Source of the DNA: the human T2T-CHM13v2.0 reference genome, Homo sapiens
Reading direction: 5' to 3' (one strand)
Assembly (NCBI RefSeq): GCF_009914755.1
Contig: NC_060927.1
Length of the DNA: 64,000 bases
Shown here: positions 53,966 to 64,000 of the stretch, one piece after another
How the letters are laid out: each line of letters starts with the position of its first letter
Position numbering within the stretch: position 1 is the stretch's first letter
The notes under the pieces: model-generated
The model's database searches: none
What the model was told of the DNA's origin: nothing
Seen by the model: only the letters and a program-made list of their open reading frames with translations
Made by a program: the position numbers and the translations under genes

Positions 53966-54385
53966 ATGCAAGACCCTAGGCATCCCCAAGGCCTTCCACT
54001 GTCCCCAGGCCTTCCAAAGAGACAGCGGCAGGACCGCACAATCTACAACTGGAAACAGCAGGAAGTGCTAGAAAATCACTTTAAGGAGGAACAGTACCCA
54101 GACTATGACACACGACAAGAGCTGGCGGAGATGCTCAATCTCAGGGAGTACCAAGTGCAGGTGTGGTTCAAGAATCGCCGGGCCAAACGCTCTCGGGAGC
54201 GGTGGTTCCAGAAGCAGCTCCAGCAGCTCCAGAAGCATCCTCAGCAGCAGCATCCTCAGCAGCAGCATCCCCAGCAGCAGCTCCAGCAGCAGCAGCCCCA
54301 GCAGCAGCCACAGCAGCAGCAGCCCCAGCAGCAGCCACAGCAGCAGCAGCCCCAGCAGCAGCAGCTCCACCAGCAGCCCCAGTAG
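53966..54385 (+). CDS. TPRXL: TPRXL: 139-aa PRD-class K50 homeodomain protein with polyQ/P tail
   Basis: ATG with A at -3; MQDP N-terminus typical of TPRX; uninterrupted homeodomain 54023-54202 (QRQDRTIY...LENHF...YPD...R.ELA...QVQVWFKNRRAK); 39 Q in the last 58 aa; TAG at 54383. Confidence 0.88.
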   Translation: MQDPRHPQGLPLSPGLPKRQRQDRTIYNWKQQEVLENHFKEEQYPDYDTRQELAEMLNLREYQVQVWFKNRRAKRSRERWFQKQLQQLQKHPQQQHPQQQHPQQQLQQQQPQQQPQQQQPQQQPQQQQPQQQQLHQQPQ

Positions 54386-54812
54386 CAGCTCTAGCAGCAG
54401 CAGCAGCAGCAGCCCCAGCAGCAGCAACTCCAGTAGCAGCTCCAGCAGCAGCAGCCCCAGCAGTAGCTCCAGCAGCAGCAGCAGCAGCCCCAGTAGCAGC
54501 TCCAGCAGCCCCAGTAGCAGCTCCAGCAGCAGCAGCAGCAGCCCCAGTAGCAGCTCCAGCAGCCCCAGTAGCAGCTCTAGCAGCAGCAGCTCCAGCAGCA
54601 GCAGTCCCAGCAGCAGCAGCCCCAGTAGCAGCGGCAGCAGCCCCAGTAGCAGCAACAGCAGCCCCAGTAGTAGCAGCAGCAGCCCCAGTAGCAGCAGCAG
54701 CAGCCCCAGCCCCCGTAGCAGCAGCCCCAGCAGCAGCAGCTCCAGCACCAGCAGTCCCAGCACCAGCAGTCCCAGCAGCAGCAGTCCCAGCAGCAGCAGC
54801 CCCAGCAGCAGC
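54209..54812. repeat. ~200-triplet interrupted CAG/CTG array
   Basis: CAG runs of at most 6, punctuated by CCC, CTC, CAT, TCC, TAG; triplet phase is kept throughout. Confidence 0.97.
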
Positions 54813-54829
54813 TGCCCCAGTGCAGCCCT

Positions 54830-55417
54830 GGGCAGGAGGCCACAGAGCCCACAGAGCTCGCACTGTGCCCCCTTTCCCTGAAGCTGCGGCCTCTGCCCCC
54901 CATCAGCCTGGCCTCTTGGGAATTCTCCCACAGGGAGAGGCCCCATGGGTATTCTCCCACAATCTGCAGCCTCCACCAGGCCTTGAGTAGCTTTGGGTGC
55001 AGAGCCAGGAGGGCGTTTGGCTGTCCTAGGTCTAGCCCCTGGCCCAATCCCAGCCCCATTCCAGGCCCACTCAAAAGCCAAGGCCCAATCCCAGGTCCAG
55101 GCTCAATCCTAGGCCCTGGCCTGATTCCAAGCCAGGCTTACTCCCAGGCCCAGGCTTAGTCCTAGCCCCAATCCCAGGTCCTGGCCCAATCCCAAACTTA
55201 GGATCCCTCCCAGCCCCAGCCCTAGTCCCCTTGTGACCTCAGAGCACTTATGCCTCCAATTTCTTGCCAGACAGTCATTCCCTGACTTCACAGAGCTCCT
55301 CCCACCCCTAGACCAGTTCGAGGAATCCTTGGTCTCCACCACGACATCTCAGTACCAAGAGGGGGATGGCTCTATGGACAAAAAGACTCGGGCCCCAAGT
55401 GATTAATGGATTTATAG
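54830..55417 (+). pseudogene. Frameshifted relic of the ancestral TPRX C-terminal region (now 3' UTR)
   Basis: AAASAPHQPGLLGILP, then ccaatccca/ggccca P-I-P-G-type tetrapeptide repeats (55035-55230), then FPDFTELLPPLDQFEESLVSTTTSQYQEGDGSMDKK and a terminal LMDL* (55403-55417), resembling the TPRX1/2 C-terminus; not in one frame. Confidence 0.85.
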
Positions 55418-55901
55418 GGGGCCTGTGTCTGCAAAGTCCTGCGGATACCAGTGGACCTGGAGTGGCTGGTTGGTCTACACTGCTGGTGAATGCACCACCA
55501 CCATTTAACCACCCTGCCGCTGGTGGGCATTTGCTGTCTTCACTGTGTGGCCATCACGACTAGCTCTGCTATGAATGCACCTGCCCTCATTTGAGTTGAG
55601 CCTGAGCATTTCGCAGCTGGGATTGGAGTCGCTGCTCATGGGGATGTTTGGCATTAGTGGATGCTACTTGAGAGCTTTGTAAAGAGCTTTACTCAGCACT
55701 TCTGATAGTCAGCATTCTCCCTGACACTTAGGATTGTGAGACTTTTTAATGTTTGTGGATCCAATGGCTTATGGCTTCCCTGATGACTGAGAGGTTGAGA
55801 AGTTCTCACATGTTAATTGAACCTTAGAAATCCTCATATGTGTCCATTTGTTTGCCCATTTTTCTTCATTTATTTGAATGTATTTTTATATTCTCTTGAT
55901 A

Positions 55902-55907
55902 ATTAAA
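55902..55907 (+). terminator. Polyadenylation signal ATTAAA of the retrocopy
   Basis: Lies about 20 nt before the residual A run and the right TSD. Confidence 0.75.
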
Positions 55908-57342
55908 GTGCTGCAAACACCCCCCAAAAATACTTGCCCTAATCATTTATTACTATGGTGATTGCAAAGTATGATTTTCTATCACTAATGAACTGTGCCT
56001 TCCAGCTTCTCTCTTGCATTGCAAGGGTACTACTATTCAACCTACCCTGTGCATGTATGTAAGCGTCTGTCAGGACAGAGGTAGACCTTATGACTTCTGA
56101 GATCCTTACTAACTTGATTCTCATTGAAGAGAAAGACAGTTTAAAGTAATATCAAATTTAAATTTTATAGGAAAAATAAATTTTGGATTTGTAATATTTG
56201 CTTTAAGAACATTGAGATATATATGCAGAAAAGTCTACCTCATTCATGTATAGTTCACTGTTTTTACAGTCTCTGTAAACACAGGACACATCTCTGTAAA
56301 CAGCATTCACATCAACAAGCAGAACATCACCAGCTCTCCAGCAGCCTCACCACCCCAAATGGACTATTTGCTTTTCATTTGGCATAATCAACAGTCTTCT
56401 TTCAGTGTTCTGAATAAACACAGGACAGGAAATGTCCAGGAACATAATCTAAGAACAATTTAGTATTTTCAACTTCAAATTCCTGTCTATTTTCCTTCAT
56501 CAATGAGCCTAGAAAACTTAGAAACATTTGGATATCTTTTAGTTTGCTTCCCTAAAATCTGAACAAACCTTATTAAGTATTTGATTATTCAATATTTTGA
56601 CCAACTACACATTGTGCCAGACACTGTCATAAATGCCTAGATTACACAGACAGGAACAGGTACCTGACTTCAAGAATGACTGAGGGGATAAATCACAGCT
56701 CAGGGGGATACATGCAGTAGTGGAGGGATGTACGAGCAGGATAGGCAGTGTCACCATTCTCAAAGAGCTCACAGTTCAGTGGCTATAGAACCAGTGAGAG
56801 GAAAGATTGAAGATAGTGAATCCTAGCAACAGAAGATGCCACTGACAGCCTCCATAGAGGCTTGGCTGCCTTCTGAGGTAGAGTGGCTGGGTGTGGAAAA
56901 AGAATGGGAGAAAAGATGATGATGGTCTATAGTAATAGTAATGTTAGTCATTTCTTAAGACAAAGCTGAACTAGTTTCAGCAATTTCTATATTCAATAAA
57001 TGTGTTCCCTCTAGGTTAAATGCAATGGTGTACATAGTCTCAACATTAAATGCATAGTAATTACTATTAATAAATGCTCCTCTGTTTCCCCAGTCACCTG
57101 GCTCCTCAATCTGCTTCTCTGTCCACAACTTTACTTTGGCCAGGACCACCTGAAAAACCTTCATAGTTCCTCCTTTGCAACCTTGCACAGCACATTGTAC
57201 ATGCATGTTAAGTGGGATCACTAAGCCTTTCGATAAGCCAAAGCAGAATTCAAATCTAGCAGAAATGAGACCTTACTTACATATTCCAGTCTCTTACACA
57301 AATCCGATTACCAGTTGCTCTTTTCTTGCTAGTCTGATTTCA

Positions 57343-57470
57343 GAGGCAGCATAGTGATAAGAGCATGGGCTCTGGAACTAGCCTGCTCAAGTTCAAATCC
57401 TAGCTGCTCCACTTCTGGCTGTGTGACATTGGTTAAGTTCCATAACCTGGTGGTGTCTCACTTCCTTAGT
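57343..57470 (+). mobile_element. MIR 5' fragment
   Basis: gaggcagcatagtg..aagagcatgggctctgga...gttcaaatcctagct...gctgtgtgac.ttgg..aagtt (tRNA-derived head and core). Confidence 0.8.
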
Positions 57471-57471
57471 T

Positions 57472-60042
57472 TCTTGAAGAAAATCTTCAGCCGAATTAAA
57501 TTTAAAGGGGTTTAATTGAGCAATGAACAATTCACCAGTTGAGCAGCCCTCAGAATCACAGCAGATTCAGAGAGACTCCAGGGATGCCTCATGGTCAGAA
57601 CAAATTTATAGACAAAAAAGGACAGGAATTGGAAGTGAGATACAGACACAGTGGGATTGGTTACATACAGCTCAGCATTTACCTTATTTGAACACAGTTT
57701 GAACATTCAGTAGTCTATGAGTGGTTGAAGTATGGCCCCTGGGATTGGCCAACACTCTGCTATTGTTACAGGTGCATACTATTAGGTTTTCAATTTTGTC
57801 TGACTATTAAGCTAGGTTACAGTTCATCCACAAGGACTCAAATATACAAGTACAGAGTCCTTCTGGGGCTGTATTTAATTTGCTTTAACAATTCCCCCCT
57901 TTTGGTCATTTTCTCAATTTTGAGAGGTTGACCAAAACCTTAGTTATTGATGTTACTGTTACTGTTGTAAATGTACTTATATGATTTTTGAAACCTACTG
58001 GGAAACAGAATAGTGTGTTTTGCAAGGAGAGAATAAGGACTGAGTAGAGAGTACCTTATGCTGGACCATCCTGTTTACAGGAGAAAAACAAAACCTGGTC
58101 TGTTCTAGGATCTGTGTTTTCTTAAAGCCTTAGCTTGATTATGTCATATTTAGCATGAGTCACTCCATATTAGTTTGGTTTGGTTTGTTGGGGCCTAGCA
58201 CATGAACTCAGTCGAAAATAATGGTTTCCCATAATTTTGTTTTAAAAAATTCCCCCTTTTTGGCCAGGTTCTCACTTAGGTGAGAGTGTGAACAAAACTT
58301 AGGGTCCCTCAGTTACCATTATTTTGGGTTTCCGGTCTCAGCACGTCATTCATAAGTTGCAGCGTCCTCATGGTCACCCATTTCTTTCAGCTTTTGTCAT
58401 TCCAGTTGAAGAGAGACCATTTGATGTCCCAGAGATGTCTGGCAAGCATTTACAACCTTTGAGAGAATACAGCACACCGGGGAGACTATTATGACTATTA
58501 GGATGATAATACCAAGAGTTTGGAGTATGCTCCTTACCCAGAGTCCCCATAAACCAAAAACCTAAAATTAAATAGATTAAAGAATGTGCTAGATAGTCTA
58601 GTCGCTTGACTAAGTGGTCTTTTCATTAATCTCCTACAACTGAATTTTTATAATTTACCTTGACGTATTTCTCCATAGGCCACAAGTGTCAGCAGCTGCA
58701 CAGGTACTTCTCTGTTTAGCCAATTCTATTATTTAACATAACTTTCACAAGAGAATTTAGAGTCTGTTGTGTAACGATAGCCTTTAAAGTAGAATTTGCT
58801 GTAGAGCCTATTATGAGGGAGACGTTTCTAATTATTGCCTCTTTTATTCTAAACCATGGAAAAAGGACCTAACAAATGATGTCCTTCCTATAGAGTGAAG
58901 GCCTCCTAGCAATGTTCTTTTTAATCCATGTTGTGGGTTAAGGGGAGTTTTGACTGATTATAAGGCAACATATATACCACTAAAGTTTCTCACCTACATT
59001 GGGCCTTCATTTTTTATCTATTAAAGTATAAGGTTATTCATGTATAAGGCTGGGTGGAAAATCCTTCACAGATAAAAGTATACCCTATAAGTGCACATAA
59101 TAGACCCCATTTTCATTCATATTGTTAATAGAGGCATAAACAAGGAAAAAATATTTAAAGATAGAGTCTCATGATAGAAGAAGTTTTGATCTGTAATCTT
59201 GGGAAAAGCCGTTCACATCAAGGATGCCATCTTCTGGGGAGACACTTTCCTGGTTAGCTCAACCCTAAAGGTTCCAATGGGTGTACAGTTCCAGGAGTGT
59301 GGAGGGACCCTTCTCAGTCGTAAGATTATTAACCCAAGATTCAAGGCTCCGAAGTTTTGCTGTGGTGTGGATGGCAAGGACAGTCCCTCTCTGATGTTGC
59401 CAGAAGATCCAACCCTTGGGTTCTAGATTGTGAAGGGATTGTCCTCAGCGAACCATAAGAAGCTTTCTCCACCAGGTGAAAACACACTGTAGCATAACAA
59501 TCCACTGTTACATCAGCCCTCTTGCATGGGAAAGCCCCTACACAACCAGATAGCATGCATTGAAAAATGGCAATTGAATGAAATACCTTTATAAACATTT
59601 AAATGGCCCATCAGGTAACCAGATGTACCTGAACCTTTGATTGTCTTTTCAGGAATATGGAACCAAACATTGCTTTTAAACTGTTTCCATCGTTTATAAG
59701 TCACTACATCAATATATTCAACTTGGACCATTTTATCTTTTCCATGACGAGTCATGGAATGAAGAACCCCCAACAACAAAATATTAAGGTTCTTAAGTCC
59801 TGCTTCTTTATGAATCCATGCTTAATATTGGACTTAAGTCCTCTTGAATACCAGTTGTTTCTCCAATTTCAGTGCATAGCATTGATAACTAATGGATTAT
59901 CATAGGTAATTTGACTTAGACCATGGAGTTCATTCAAATTTTATATTTAAACAACCTTAGTATTGGCTGATTTAGCATGATAATCTAGAGCTTGATTTTG
60001 AAAGGCTTGTTAAATACCAAAGGTTTAAAACATTGGATATTA
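57472..60042 (-). mobile_element. MER57 LTR (57472-57890) plus MER57-int, interrupted by L1PA
   Basis: cttcagccgaattaaatttaaagg..tttaattgagcaatgaac...tgctttaaca matches MER57; PPT attccccctttt directly after 57890; internal ERV-like sequence runs to the L1 start. Confidence 0.8.
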
Positions 60043-60044
60043 CA

Positions 60045-64000
<3,956 letters not shown>

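Larger units (their letters stand above)
53941..55928 (+). other. TPRXL: Processed retrocopy of a TPRX homeobox mRNA (TPRXL retrogene body)
   Basis: 18-bp TSD aatatttgccctaattat (53923-53940) / aatacttgccctaatcat (55929-55946); no intron at homeodomain codon 46/47 (caagtgcag|gtgtggttc); ATTAAA at 55902 followed by a residual A run. Confidence 0.92.

Noticed and set aside
54209-54812. Pathogenic-type pure CAG expansion
   Set aside because: Longest pure run is about 6 triplets; the array is heavily interrupted.
54068-55081. 337-aa antisense poly-Leu ORF, plus poly-Ala and poly-Cys ORFs, as genes
   Set aside because: They are the CTG-strand readings of the repeat, have no domain content, and open frames are expected for this composition.

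Overview
Primate (almost certainly human) repeat-dense genomic DNA. I recognise it as the TPRXL locus (chr3p25 in human; from recall, not checked by alignment). Most of the window is transposon debris: several L1s of different ages, about ten Alus, a MER4 provirus with a nested LTR12, a second LTR12, a solo ERV1 LTR, a full-length but dead HERV-IP (LTR10, tRNA-Pro PBS) provirus and a MER57 element. The key non-TE feature is a ~2 kb processed retrocopy of a TPRX homeobox mRNA (53941-55928, 18-bp TSD). It keeps an intact K50 PRD-class homeodomain, now fused to a ~600-nt degenerate CAG array. The first 58 array codons give a polyQ/P tail, 15 in-frame TAG stops follow, and the ancestral TPRX C-terminus survives only as a frameshifted relic in the 3' UTR next to CPE-like motifs. 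Subfamily names are from recognition of consensus sequences and need RepeatMasker/Dfam confirmation.
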